Assembly (NCBI GenBank): GCA_964016885.1
Contig: OZ024741.1
Span: forward strand, 88,598,001 to 88,662,000
DNA: 64,000 bases
Direction: 5' to 3'
Origin: Eledone cirrhosa
Lineage: Eukaryota
Positions within the stretch are counted from its first letter, which is position 1. Each line of letters begins with the position of its first letter. The notes beneath the pieces were generated by a model that was not told the origin of the DNA, searched no databases, and was given only the letters and a program-made list of their open reading frames with translations. Of the stretch, positions 44,347 to 58,790 are shown piece after piece. Position numbers and translations under genes: made by a program.

Positions 44347-46682
44347 TGTACAATAGAATCGGACTTCCTTTCATTGAAACAACCAAGAAATCTATGCAGG
44401 TGTGAGCTGTAATAACACACATGCACACATACACACATAGTATGTGTGTTTTGACTGAAAGAACTCAACAAAGGAATCATTAGATGCCAGCAAAATTGGA
44501 TAAAAAAGATCCATGTGAACCATAAATTTATTTAGAAGCTAGAACTCTGCTTCCTATAATGTACATCCCCAAGAAATAAAATCTAAAGACAATATAACAT
44601 CAGAACATTGTTCAGAAGTAACACTACACACTGAAAAGTGGATGATTTAACTTTCAACATCCTGTACCACATGAAACCTCATTAGCAAAACATTCTTGAA
44701 AAGTTACAAAACAGTACTATGACTGCATCATCTTTACTATAGTTTACAGCAAATTTTCACAAAAATTTGTTTACTTGTAAATATACTATAAACTTTTGAC
44801 TTAATAAACCCATTTTTAGATATTTTCTGCTAAATTATTACAGGCTGTTAAGAGTTAAAGAATTGCCATGGTCTCTAAAAATGAAATAAAAACTGAAGTA
44901 CATTGGAAATCTCTGATAAGAGAAACAAAGGACCTATAAAATCCAGCTTGGTATAAAATTGAAATGATATGCCATTATGGAACAAAGAACCAAGGGGTGG
45001 GGGGTGAATAAAATATTAGCAATAAGAACTCTATTAAATCCCAGTCAGCATTTTCAGACACGCTTATTAAATTATAAATCACTCAATTTAATTACTCAGA
45101 GATGCCATCCATACAGAAAACAACAGCTAAGTTAGTGTTAATATATTTATTGTAGTAAGCATAAAAAATCTAATTAGATTTACTTATGCAGAAGTAGTTA
45201 CTCTTATTAAATTATAACTTGTACTTATGTAACTTGACTTCCAATATAAATTTTAAATTAGCTTATACATAATGGAGGCACATGCACATGGCTTAGTGGT
45301 TAGAGCATTAGCCTTGCAATCGAAAGGTTGTGTGTTCAATTCTCAGACCGGGTGATGTGTTGTTTCCTTGAGCAAGACACTTTATTTCACATTGCTCCAG
45401 CTTACTCAGCTGTAGAAATGAGATGATAGGGACTGGGGTCTATATCATTCCACTGTAAAGTGGTCGTGGAGGTGCCACGGCAAAAAAAGCACCCAGCACT
45501 CACTGTAAATGAGGTTGGTGTTAGGAAGGGCATCCAGCTGTAGAAATCAAGCCAGAATCAGTTCCCGTCCCACCTTTGCAAGCAGGGAAAAAGTGGACGT
45601 AAAAATGAAATGAAATGATAATCTTTCATTATCAGCAGCAGTTTTTAAAGTCTTCCACTAAAATTGTTGTTTTGCTATTTAATTTCTTTCATATAGAAAT
45701 TTTAAAAATATCTGCCTTTGAACTTATCTATTCTAAGATTTGTGCCTGGATCATGGACTGATCTGAAAATTGACTGTTTTGATAAACATAAAATAGTCAT
45801 TTCTCTATGCTTTCTCTTTCTATATGTTCACTGTACTGACTGGTAGAGTAAGTGACCTTTCACTAAGCAATTGATACCATCAGTTCATGACAACTGCATA
45901 TTGCAACCTATTTCAAGTCACAAAGTAGTTCTACTATTGCTTCTGCTCTTTTGACACATTTCCAATTTTTAAGTGTTTGTATTTAGATCAAAACATTTCA
46001 TAATTTCATCTATGAACCTCTTATTTTGTTTCAAACATCGTTTAAATTACATAAAAAGTTATTCTATTAAATACTAGTGGATTAACAGAATTACCATCTG
46101 AGTTCAAATTTGCCTTTCATCCTTCTGGGACCAATATAATTAAATTTCTGTCTTCCCACAAATTGCTGGCCCTGTCCCTAAATTAGAAATCAATATCATC
46201 TTAGACCCTCAACTCCTGGTTGCGTCATAGGGGTACTGTTATAGCCTATGGCATAATATGGACTTTTTTAAACCTAGCAGAACCCATCCTTCTCCAGGTG
46301 TAACCAGTGGGAAAGAAGGTAATGAAGTGGCAGAAATGGTAAAAAGTTGAATTAAAGTAAAGGCATTGTGCTATCATGTTACATACCTTCTACATTCTGA
46401 GTTTCACCAAGATTGATTGTGTGGTGGTAGTGCTAGTATTTCTATCAGTAGTAGTAGTATCCACTGATTCTTTATGTTTTGTTCTTTTTCCAATACACCC
46501 TTTTGAACAGATATTCTCTCCCAAGAAAACTGATGAATGGATAAGAAAATACCATGAGGAGAAACAGACAAACCCAGCCTAAAGGAGGCAGTGAGTAACA
46601 CAGACTTCAGTTTTCTTTGTAATATATATCTGGTTTGTATGAGGTGAGAGATGAGCCTGGAGGTAAGACATCCCAGTCTAAC

Positions 46683-46809
46683 GTGAGACTGGAGTTAACA
46701 CACTTCCACCATTTGTGAGGCTGGACTAATACACTTCCACCATCAGTGAGGCTGGAACTAATGTACTTCCACCATCTGTGAGGCAGGAGCTACCACACTC
46801 CACACTTCC
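46683..46809. repeat. Minisatellite of about 4 degenerate units of about 32 bp (tgtgaggctggagctaacacacttccaccatc)
   Basis: Head-to-tail units with no unique spacers. Confidence 0.8.
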
Positions 46810-48619
46810 TATCCCTATATTATGTTATGCTACATGAGCCATTCTCTTCATTACTTTGTAAAGGGATTGTCAAAAGTTATCTGGCCTTAGTGTTGATTAG
46901 GATGTTCATATTTAGCCCCAGGTCAGTCATGATCCAACAGACATGATCAAAAACATTTCAGCTGTAAATATCTTGACTTCCATATAGATATAGTCTATAT
47001 ATATCCTGAATGTGATTTGTGAGAGGTTAGGTGCTAATTCTTGCAGTTTCATAATCATGTAGAGGCTCCCCTCTTGCATCAACCTTGCACAATGTATTTT
47101 TTCTAAAAGTTTCAATAAAACAATTTCTGACTTTGTTTCTCTTTGTATTTTCTTTCCAAATGTGATTTTTCTTGCAGACAGTACTGCTTCTCATAATGGT
47201 GGAAGTGTTTGCAGGCCATTCCTTCCTAGCCAAGCACACACTGAGGGTGAAATAAGGCCTATAGGCAGCAAAATGAGATACTTTGCAATATTTAATTTGG
47301 AGAAAATTTAATATGATTTAATCAAATGTAATAAATTTTCAATATACCTGCTTAAAAATAAAATGGATGTTTATAGTTTAAAGAAGAGAGGACAAGCGAA
47401 CAGGGTGGGATGGTGCTTATTACATTTTATCATTAGAGGGAATTGAAACAGGGACTACTGTAGTTGTTTTCTATATTCTTACTGTACCATAACTAGAAGT
47501 TCCAACTTCACCTGAACAAATCCATACTTGAGTCACTGATACACCCTTGGTTCAGTCACTAGCCTCAGCTGGAACATGGCATTATTAGATATTTACAACT
47601 GTATTGTGTAAGATTGTAGTGGAGGTACCATGATAAAACATACTCAATACATACTGTAGAATAAGAGGTTGTTACTAGGGCATCTAACATGTCTGACCTC
47701 GGAACATGACAGCCCAGCTAACCTATGCAAGCACGGAAAACAAATGATTTTGCAGTGTTGATGCGAGTGGAAGCTTGCTTGAAGTGAACAAAGTGTTTCT
47801 TGTGTTGCCAAATGGAATTAAAGAAAGATTTCATTACATATTACCATGTGTATCTAAACCATGTGTATCAGTTTAGAATAGGTACGCCATATCCCTGCAT
47901 GCCATAAAAAATAACTGAAAGGTTTCTTGTCAGGAAGAGCATGTATAGCATCACTTCATAACGTTGTGTCCAACCCATGCCTGCATGGAAAAGTTGGTGT
48001 AAAAACAATGATGATGATTACCATGTTCAGTAAGACCACTCACATTATATGCTATCACTATAGTGTACTTGGTTTTAAAAAAATAGTTACCATTCCTTTA
48101 ACTTTAACTCAATAACCTATGTAATAATACTCTTCCCTCCTACAGCATCTTATCCTTCAAAATCTGCACTAACTAATTCACTCTGCAATAAACAGTTTAA
48201 TGCTTCACAACAGCAACCTTTTACAATTCTCTCCCTGCACACAGTTTCTCCACAGATACAGGACATGTTGTAGGTCAGCTTTGCCATTCATCATTCCCAG
48301 GATGATAAAATTAAAAGTTCCAGTCAAGTACTGGGGTCGATATAATCAATCTTCCCCTTTCCCCCGAAATTGCTGGCCTTGCACCTAGCTTTGCCTTCCA
48401 TCCTTACGGGGTTGATAAAATAAAGCAACAATAATACACTGGGGTTGATTTAATCACCCCCCCCCCCCCCAAAAAAAAAATTTGCTGGCCTTGTCCCTTT
48501 GTTAGAAATCATTATTTATATTCATAAAAATATAGAGGGCCAGTAATTATGACCTTTAGAGGTCTTCCCAATTTAATCAATACGCAGGAATTCCATACTG
48601 TGTACACAATGTAAACTAT

Positions 48620-49125
48620 GGGACACAACAGGTGTAGCAAGATCATCAGTAGGCTAATGAAGAATGCAAGCTTCATATGTGTCAGCTTTTGTAACCTAAC
48701 TAACCTAATTAACAATAGAGATTGATATTCTGAAAGTGTAATAACTAGAGTAAGAACCTGTTTGAAAAAGTTCAGGGGGGGTATTACCTCTGCTGGCAAC
48801 AAAGGGTTTCTTGTCTCAGTTTGAAGGAGACAGTATATGATGCTGGTGTACTAAGTATAATGCTGATTGAGAGATTTGGACCTTGAATGCAGAGGATTTG
48901 CAATGATTGGGAAGAAATGAAGTGAGTATGCTCTGGTGGATGTGTATGCATGAACGACAAAGCATTAATGAGCTGAGAGAAAAAGAAAGAATCAGATGCA
49001 GTGTACAAGAGAGAAGATTGCATTCATATGAGAGCATGTGATGCATATGGAAAATGATGGCTTTATGAAGATGTGCAGGGCACTCAAAATGGATGGAACC
49101 TCTGAAAGAGGAAGACCTAGGAAAA
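48620..49125 (+). mobile_element. Decayed RTE LINE C-terminal fragment
   Basis: Collinear by eye with the 3' part of the 17.4-17.9 kb copy (aagttcaggg...ttacctctgctggcaacaaaggg; ggaagacctaggaaaacatg). Confidence 0.65.
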
Positions 49126-49249
49126 CATGTCTCTTTCATTATATTCTTGCACTCTGTACCAACTAAGCATGGTTCTTCTTTGTCAGTGCTCCTTCCTCTA
49201 ATCACCCCTTCCTGGTTATGCTGTCTTGAATATTTAATCAAATAACTGA

Positions 49250-50550
49250 TAAATTTCTGAAAGCCAGTACAACATGGTAGAAATATACAAGAGCAAAGGG
49301 TGACAAATACAACAAAACAAAGTAATGTTTTACCCCCTATATTTCAACATATTTCAGGGCTATATTTCTCTTTTCAAATGTAAAATGAAAATGGTTCAAA
49401 ACAAAAACAATCGATGTGTTCTTCTCTAACTGGTCTAAGTGTCTAAAATCGCCTGTGGAGCCATTATAATAGCCAATCTGCTTTGTGCATTTCCAATTTG
49501 TTATTTATTTATGGCGTTTTTGTTGTTGATGATAATGGCCTCTTTGATTCTTAAATTTCCCATATTCCTTTCTGTCACCTCTATAGTAACCTCAATGTAT
49601 TGGTTGTGGCATCTGTCAAGATGTTTTTTGACAGAAGTTTTTGTTGTCATGCGCTCTTGTACAGCATCCAAACAGTACTTCTGATGTATGAGGATCCACA
49701 TTTTTTACATGTGACCATGTAGACCACATACACTCTCTTGTGCACACTTCTGTGTTATTGATGGGACAGTTAGAAAGGTGCCCATATTGTTGTATGAGGG
49801 AAGTGTCTGGAGAGTAGTCTCCTCAATGAAGGTCCTGAGTGCTCCAGCTGTATATTCTGGCTCTCCCTACAGATGGTAGCAGTTGTCTTCTCATTGAAAG
49901 GCAGCAGCTTTAGGTAGCATATGTTACCTCTAAGAGCATGTGTTCTTGTTCTTTGAAGTGTTGCTGCCTTGGCATTTCAGTGTTTGGTGAAAGAAGTAGG
50001 TTAGCCATTCTCGGTAAGAACTCTGGAATTCCACTGTGTTTGTATGTTTGTCACTACCCTCACTGCATCTGTTGCGCATCTGGGTGATCTCATTCCATAC
50101 ATAGGCTATTTTGGCTTTGTAGAGAAGGGCAGAATCATGGTGCACAAAAATGTCTCTTAAGGCATCTTTCTTGTAAAGTTTGGTGTATATATATGGATCT
50201 CTCCTCTGTGACTCTTAGTGTAAAGTTTACAAACAAATTTTGGGACTTCTGATGGGATCAAGTCTCTCAAGCCTACTGGCCATTGCATACATGGTGCAGT
50301 TGGAGCATACAGCACTCACCACCTGCCGCTCTTGCTCCTTCTTCTCCAGGTACATGGATATCCTGATGCTCACTTCATCACATGAAGAAGCTGTCAAGAT
50401 AGATGCACATGTCAATTTTGAGGTTGAGTATTCAGACATCACTGAATCCCTCTCTTTATTCAACTTTACACTAAGTCACAGAGGATGGATCCATATATAC
50501 ACCAAATTTTACAAGAAGGATGCTTGTAGAAACATTTTTGTGCAATCATA
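49250..50550. mobile_element. Decayed Penelope-like element: GIY-YIG endonuclease part on -, RT part inverted on +
   Basis: The minus strand at about 49670-49730 reads VVYMVTCKKCGSSYIRST, followed by ...RIKEAIIIN (ORF 49501..49701). The plus-strand ORF 50240..50551 reads GLLMGSSLSSLLAIAYM...RYMD, which are Penelope RT motifs. Confidence 0.8.
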
Positions 50551-50554
50551 AATC

Positions 50555-51942
50555 TCTACAAGGGTAAAAGAGATGTTCTTGAAAGGAGCAACTACAGAGG
50601 AATAAAACTAATGGACCAAGTTATGAAAGTGACAGAAAGTGTTCTAGCACAGCTAATTAGGGAAAGCCAGATAGAGTTTGGTTTTATGTCTGGGAAAAGT
50701 ACTACAGATGCCCTCTTCTTAGTGAGATAACTACAAGAGAAGTTCCTAGCCTAGAATAAGCCACTATATTTAGCTTTTGTTGATCTAGAAAAGACCTTTG
50801 ACAGAATACCTCAATCTGTTATCTTGTGGTCTTTAAGAAAATTAGGTATAGAAGAATGGTTTGTGAGAGCAGTGCGGGCCATGTATGGAGGAGCTATCAG
50901 TAAAGTGAGCTTCATGAGGAATTCACTCCAGGTAGGAGTTCATCAGAGTTTGGTTCTCAGCCCACTGATGTTCATCATAGTTCTCCAGGCCATAACAGAG
51001 GAGTTTAAGACTGGCTGTCCATGGGAACTTCGCTATCTGGATGATCTGGTTCTTATAGCTGAATTCATAAAAGAACTAGAGAATAAGTTCCAACTATGGA
51101 AACAGAATTTGGACTCCAAAGGGCTGAGAGTAAACTTAGCCTAAACTAAAGTGCTTGTCAGAAGATAGGACTCTGATTCCTTCGGGGAAGTGGCTCTGCT
51201 CAATATATAGAAAAGGAGTAGGCATAAACTCTATACAATGTATACAATAGATGTAGTGGGATAACAGGGAGGCAAAACTTTGTATGTAGAAGATGCACAG
51301 GGGTAATTGATGGGAAGAGCATCAGTAATATAAACATTTTCCAATCACAGGAAGGGGCCATAGAAGTAGTTGATAGTTTCTGCTATCTAGGTGACCTAAT
51401 TAGTTATGAATAAGGATAGGATGGAAGAAGTTTAGAGAGCTGCTCCCACTGTAGTCAACAAAAGCTTTCACCTCACATACAAAAGGACAGCTGTAGGATG
51501 CCTGTGTGTGAAGTGCAATGTTGCATGGTAGTGAAACATGAGCAGTGACTGCAAAGTACATGTGTAGGCTGGAGAGAAATGAAGCAACCATGTTTCATCG
51601 ATATGCAATGTAAATGTGAGAGAAAGGCAGAGCTTGGATGAACACTGAAGGAGAAACTGGGTTTAAAAGAAATCTGAAGTGGCATGCAAGAAAGGAGGCT
51701 GTGTTGGTATAGACATGTGATGCGCATGGATGATGATCGCTGGCTGAAGACATGCCAGGAAATGCCAGTGGGAGGAAACCATAGTATTGGTAGACCAAGG
51801 AAGACCTGGGTGGAAGTAGTGGGGCTGGTCACAAATTGCTGAGACAAATGAGATAATGAAGGAATGCGATGGGTGGAGAGAGAGTGTGCTGAAAAGGACC
51901 CATGCAAGCATGGGAAAAATGGACGTAAAAATGATGATGATA
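50555..51942 (+). mobile_element. Degenerate RTE LINE copy of the same family, running from the RT domain to the 3' tail
   Basis: ORF 50824..51144 (WSLRKLGIEEW...QAITEEFKTGCPWEL.YLDD). Many stops and frameshifts. Ends ggacgtaaaaatgatgatga. Confidence 0.88.
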
Positions 51943-54900
51943 ATTTGTATGTGTGTATATATATACACACACAAATATACTCAGAGTGGAGAAAGTTATT
52001 TGTCTTGACATTCATGATGCTACTTGTGTTCCCTATACTCCAGGCAACAATATCACCAGCCCTTGTAGAACACAATCACATGTTCTTTAAAATCCCTGCC
52101 TAATATTCGTGGAAAGCAGGGCAAAAAGTAAAGACCTGGTGGGGTCAGAATCTTTCTCATGAACTTTGAGAGAAACAACCCCTATAAAACTAGGGCTGTA
52201 GATCAAGCTATTTAAAGATCCCAGGTACTGAAGTACTGAAATGACAAAAGCTAACTAATCCTGCCAGGGGGCAGGACTAGATGTAGTACATATATCATTT
52301 CTATCTCATCTTTCCCCACTCTTTCCCAGACAACCCCTGACCCTACTTCACTCCTCAAGTCTGTCTGCTGACTGGCTAAATAGCATCTAATTATTTTTAA
52401 TTGACCTACTAAATATTTCACCCTGATTGATATAGTAAATCACTTAGAAAACCCCCAATTTTCTCCTCTACTCTTCTGGTTTTTTTCTCAAAGTAGGGGA
52501 GAAAATATTTGCTTGGAGGAATGTATAAAGATTATTTAGGAAATGGGGTTATGTATGAGGTGAGAATTTTCATTAGGGGCTTTTGTTTCCCCTCTCTCCA
52601 CCTATCTTAATTTTAATCTTTCACCTAAAACAAACATAATTTATGTTAACCCTTTCATTACTATATTTCTAGTGAAATGCACCGCCTATGATTTTTAAAT
52701 CATTTTGAAAATAAACATTTTGAGGAATTTAGTAAAATAATTAACTTTTTCAGTATTAAACTGGTGTTTGAAGCATAACTTAAAGATTCTTACATACAAT
52801 TATAATGGGAGGTTTTTAGATAAATATAAACTCTTTAAAATAAATAGTTTTGTATGAAGCAACAAGGGGCTGTTTCAGGCAGGTTGGTATCAAAAGAGTA
52901 AAACAGTATGGTAGCAAGATCATAAGTTGAAATCCCATACATGTAGTGACATTGTTGTGTTTCTTCTAGCTGAGTTAAGGGCTCATTATTCTGTGCAGCA
53001 AAGCCCCATGGCCATCATCATCATTGTCATTTTACACCCATTCTCCATGCTGACATGGCTTGAACAGGTTTTCACAGTCCAAGTCCAGACATGTCAGAGA
53101 TATCTCATCTTGCTTGTTACATTCCATATTTGGTATAGTTTCTATGGTTAGATGCCCTTCCTAATGCCAACCACCTTAGAAAGCATACTAGGTACATTTT
53201 TCGTGGCACTAAAACTATCACTTTACAGGGTATACTGGGGACATTTTATCATGTCACCGGCACTAGTGAGGTTGTCACATGCTAAGCTAGACTAAAGAGT
53301 CCTCTCAAATACTATATTGTTTTTGTTCAATTGCCAAACATTGTAGCCTCTCACCACATTTACTTTTAGTGTCAAAGTGCTTGTTCTGTTGTAAATATGA
53401 AAAAAAAGTTGCCAAAACCACTTTGACAAACAAATTTTGTGCAAAACAAATAATAAAATAATGTTGCCACCTCTACAGAAGCAGAAAATTAGCAGAGTTG
53501 TTAGAGCATCAGGTAGAATATTTCACAGTATTTATTTTGGCTCACTGAATTCAAGTTCTGCATAGATCAACTTTGCCTTTCATCTTCCTGGAGTTTGATA
53601 ATTAAAGAAGCAGTCCAGCATTGTAGATTGGCAGAATTGTTAGAACAGATGCCTTGCATGTGTCTGTTCTGGCTCTTTGTCTTCTCCAACTTACTGGAGA
53701 CTCATCAATCATAAGATTATTGCGAAGTGCCGGCATCAAGTTCAATATAAAAATGTGACTGCGTATGGAGCTCCAATAAACTCAGAAAACTAATGTGGCA
53801 CAAGTTTAAAAGGGCCCTATGTATTGAGAGGTTGTAGCAAAAATGTTTACAGTTAGTCAAAGAAGGAGAGGCAATTTCTATGATCTTTGCGGGTTCTGCC
53901 AGACTGGTGAGTCTGAATATCCATAGGATGTTGATAGGAAAGATGTAGGTGAGCAAGTTAATTCCAGTGAGTTACAGATCTGATGTGGAGGGACTTGGCA
54001 AAGTATTTAGTTTGAAATTTAGGACATTGAATGCAGTAGTTGTGAATTGAAACGAGAGAGGTATGTCAGGTAAGCCTGAATGGAAGTTGGTGTGTGACAT
54101 AGCTGTTTAAGAGGAACAGGAATAAGACTAATGATGAGGGGAAGAGAGATAGGTGTGTCAGATAAGCCTGGATGGAGATAGGTATCTGACTAGATGGAGG
54201 TGGATATCTGACAAGAGGGCTCAGAGGAGCAGAGATTGTAATAATAGTATAACAATCTGAAAGAGGAAACAGCATTTGTTGGACAAAGGGTGTAGTATGT
54301 TGCAGATAGAATGTTTGGCAATCAATTAAATAAGTGAGGCTACTGAGAGACCAACAGAGTTTATAAAATATATTAAAGTATTATGTAATATTAAATAGAT
54401 CTTCGCAAGACTTTAAAAAAGTGAATATGCAATTGTGTTGAAGGTGTAATTGAGACGGAAACCCTATCCTTCTAAACCACATCAATAATGAAAGAATGAA
54501 TATATAATTCTTATTTTATGATCCTGGAGTGAGAGCATAATTCTACTCACTGCAGCCCGCTTCAGTTAACAAGTATCTTCCTATCCCTTAATTTTTTAAA
54601 TGTTTAGTTAGGGTGTGGGGGCAGTACTCATGGTCCTTTTCACAGCCTCTGAGACTGGTTGGTAGGAGAGAGGGGAAGGTATTTCTTCAATTTGAAAACT
54701 TCGCCTGAATGTTTGCAACAGAGTAGACTCTGCTAAAGGCATCCAAGAGTCAAGTAATAATGTGAAACCAGGAGATGAATTGAATCTACCACCAAACATC
54801 ATAGTGAGGTTTGAACTCAGAACACAATGAACCAGAAAAATGACTGCAATGCTCTAATAATTCCTAATAATTCTATCTGCTCACTGCTGGACTAATACTT

Positions 54901-57049
54901 TTATTGTATCTGTTTGACTTCAATTGCTATTCATGGTAAAACAGTGATGATGATGATGATTATGGTGATGATATGTTGTAGTCAGACAGTAAGATAGTAA
55001 AGGAGAAGGAAGGGGCAACACATATTAATAGAGAGGTTAAAATAGAATGATGAGGAATTTATTAATACTGTTACAATCACTTATAGTGTCAGTAACTTCA
55101 ATATATTGTCTTGTTCAGTAATAAAAAAAATCTTGAAAATAATAAAACCAGGAGTTGGTGATGGACTGTCAAAAGAATGAGTGGTGGACTACCAAAAGAA
55201 TGGGTGGAGGGCCAGGTGCATGCCGGTGAGGGTTGGCTGCTTGTTCCTTTAGTTGTGCCTACAGAACTCTGGACATTATGAGAGCAAGCAGAAGTCATCA
55301 AACCAACATGGAAGCAGCAGAAAAGGCATCTATATGGCTATGGCTGAAGAGAAGTAAACTGGTGAGATCACTAGTATGTATGCCACTTGAAGACAGACTG
55401 AGGCTTGATTAACCTTTATTTGGGTCACCTGGATGAGGATGTTTAATGTAAGACCTGAAACATCCAATGACTCTTGGATACAATACTGATGTATGATGTG
55501 TCCAAGGTTTTGCATTCATGGATGTGTGAAGAACTATGTATTAAAATAAAACTTTAAAATTTATCTAAAAAATAGATTTTTCTAGGCTCACAGAATTGTT
55601 AAAGCATCCGACAAAAATGCTATTGTGAGATAATTGTTCCTGCCCTCTATGTTAAAATCCTGCCAAGTTCAACTATTCTTTTTATGCCCAAGGGACTCAA
55701 TGAAAAATAGTACCAGCAAAGTACTGAGGTTCTTATAATCGATTTTCCCCTCCTCCAAAATTGCTGGTCTTGTGCCTAAATTAGAAATGATAATTATTAT
55801 TTTTAAATGAACAGTTGACTGGCAGCATTGATAGGGAGATGTTGTTGTTTCTGGTTATGGTGCTACTGCTGCTGGTGACTATGGTGGTAATGGTGTTGCT
55901 GCTGCTGTGGCATTTAGTTACGGTGCTATAGGTTCTAAGCACAAATCTCATTGTGTTCAACTTTGCTGTAGTAGTCAAATATTAGGCTTTGATTTAAATG
56001 ATTGGCACCTCTCCTTCCTAAATTCCATGGCTTTGTACTTTTGCTAAAAAAATAAAGGGTGGTGGCTTGGAAGAATCATTAGAACATCAAACAACATGCT
56101 TTGTGGTACTTACTCCAGTTCAGAGTTCAAGTCCGGCCAAAGTCAACTCTGTCTTCCATTCTTCCAGGATCAATAGAATAAAATGCCAGTCAAGTACTGG
56201 GGTCAATATTATCAACTGCACCACCACCACCACAAATTTGTGGCTTTGTTACTATATTAAAAAGCATTATTCTTATTATTATGAATTGGCAGAACTATTA
56301 GTACATCAGATAAAATGCTTTGTAGAATCTAGTTATGGTCCTTTATGTTCTAAGTTCAAATCCAGCTGAGGTCAATTTTGCTTTTCATTCTTTCTATGTC
56401 AATAAAATAAAGTACTGCCAAATACTATGGTCATTATAATTGACTTTCCTCACCTCTTGAATTACTGGCATTGTGCCTAAATTAGAAATCATTATTATTA
56501 TTAGACAGTGCATTGGCAGTATCGGTAGAGAGTCGATAGAGTTACGTCCCTTTATGATCTGAGTTCAAATCCCGCCGAGGTTAACTTTGCCATTCATCCT
56601 TATGGGGTCGATAAAATAAAGTACCAGTAATACACTGGGATAATTGCTGGCCTTGTGCCAAATGTAGAAACAATTATTATTGTTGTTGTTGTTATTATTG
56701 TTATTAAATGTATTCAATGTAAGATATGTTTTCTACATCTGTTGAGCACAGCTGTATATTTGCTTATGAAAGTCAATCACCTCTAAGTAAGTAACCCAGT
56801 GTTATTTTAATTGTCACTTGAGTGCTATTAAAGGAACCTTTCAAAATTCCATAAGTACCACTATGAATATGATGAAGTGGTGTGGGTTAGATCCTATATT
56901 TTCACTTCTCTTGGAGCTCTTCCCCCCCCCCCCCCCCTCCACCAGTTCAGTTTGTTTGTTTGTTTATTTATGTAGAGTATGTAAAGGAAGGTAGAGCTGA
57001 GAAACAATGAAATAATAATTATGAAGATAGGGGATGCTGTGCCTATGTA

Positions 57050-57262
57050 ATAGTGGAGTTGCTGTTGTTTCTGGCTGTGGTGGTGGTGGTGGTGGTGCTG
57101 TTGCTTCTGGTTATGACGGTGATGGTGCTACTGCTGCTGCTGACTATGGTGGTAGTGGTGTTGTTGCTTCTGGCTATAGTGATAGTGTTGCTGCTGCTGG
57201 TTATGGAGTTGTGGTGCTGCTGCTTCTGTGTCTGGCTATGATGGTGGCATTCCTGCTGCTCA
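57050..57262. repeat. Low-complexity (GGT/GCT/GTT)n repeat; a related tract lies at about 55838-55910
   Basis: Recurring gttgttgcttctggctatggtggt-like units. Confidence 0.7.
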
Positions 57263-57561
57263 GATTGGTAATGTTTAACTAAACAATTTAGTATGCCATT
57301 CACTGATTTCTATTATTATTATTATGTGGCAGTATCGGTAGAGCATCAGACACCCTGCTTTGTGGTAGAGAGTTACAGCTCTTTACATTCTGAGTTCAAA
57401 TCCCGCCAAGATTAGCTTTGCCTTTAATCCTTACGGGGTCGATAAAATAAAGTACCAGTAATGCACTGGGGTCGATTTAATCAACTTTCCCCCTCCCCTT
57501 CAAATTGCTGGCCTTGTGCCTAAAGTAGAAACAATTATTATCATTATTGTTATTCTTATTA

Positions 57562-57776
57562 CTAGATGAAAGCAATGTCCTCTTCTCCCTCTTTCTGTCA
57601 CATACACACCCTCTCGCTCTCTCTAAACAAATGACCTTCCTTTTCTCTCTCTATCTCTGTTGCTTGGCGCTCCCCACTCTCTCTATATACATATCTCTCA
57701 CTTAGTGCTCCCCCCTCTCTATATAAAGTGAGCGTGACGGACAGACAGATCGACAGTGCTCTTATTGTAATATAGA
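57562..57776 (-). mobile_element. Short non-autonomous Helitron-like insert between two SINEs
   Basis: Minus strand A|TCTATATTACAATAAGAG...TCTGTCTGTCCGTCAC...CTAG|T. No clear 3' hairpin. Confidence 0.5.
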
Positions 57777-58790
57777 TTATTATTATTATTATTATTAGGT
57801 GGGTTTGGAAGTATTGGTAGAGCATCAGACAACATGCTTTGTGGCTTAGAGTTACGGCCCTTTATGTTCTGAGTTCAAATCCTGCCGAGGTTAGCTTTGT
57901 CTTTCATCCTTGCGAGGTCAATAAAATAAAGTACCAGTCACACACAGGGGTCGATTTAATCGACTTCTCCCTCCCCCAAAATTGCTGGCCTTTTACCTAA
58001 ATCAGAAATTATTTCTTCTTCTTCTCAAAACCAACTGGTAGGAAACCCAGGGGATAGACGCCAAGCAAGATGGTTGGATAACATCCATGAGCTTGGCTGG
58101 TCTCAGTTGGAGACGGTTGCTTCTGACAGGACCTGCTGGAAGGAGTGTTTGAGGACTCTGCCCCCACGACTCTCTCAGGAATAAGTGGGTGAAGAAGATA
58201 TATATGCACATAATGGTACCCCCAGCATGGCCTCAGCTCCTCGGCTGGAACACATAATAGAATAATATATATACACAAATATATAATTGTATCTATGTAC
58301 ATATGTATGCAGATATATACGCATGTATGTACATAGATACATCAAAAAGCAGAAGAACTCATCAGGAGTCAATGGCCATCCAATAAAGTGTTTTTTTTCT
58401 TTTTAAGTTCTTTTTTTTTTGTGGAGCAAGAGACTCCTAATCTTCATTAAGACATCTCTCTAGGAGAAGGTCACTCTGATATCAAACCTGTGACTTCCTT
58501 TGCATCCAATGATGTAAACCAGTTCTTTTTGGGTAAATGCATTTGATGTTCAGAGAGTGGGATTGGTTCCGTGCAAAGCCTTTACTCACTTAAAAAAGCT
58601 TCAAGTACAGGCATTGCTTGATATGTGACATTTTTTGCGATGCATGGTATTGCTGGCCATAGGCAAGTCCCTAGCAGGACTAAAAAGCCATATCTGTGAT
58701 GTTCATGCTTAAGTATCAAGTGATGGCATTACTCAAAATCGAGTTGCAGCCATCATATATATATACACAGGTACATATATACCTTTTCTT

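Noticed and set aside
46683-46809. CRISPR-like 32-bp periodicity
   Set aside because: Units are contiguous with no unique spacers, the context is eukaryotic, and there are no cas genes.
53860-54330. Minus-strand ORFs 53717..53956 and 54066..54275
   Set aside because: Probably the decayed 3' end of a LINE (a weak ..HWN.L...IFP-like motif), but too degenerate to call.
57034-57303. Gly/Ala/Val-rich or Thr/Ser-rich ORFs resembling a structural protein
   Set aside because: Low-complexity trinucleotide-like repeat that is open in several frames on both strands, with no gene structure.
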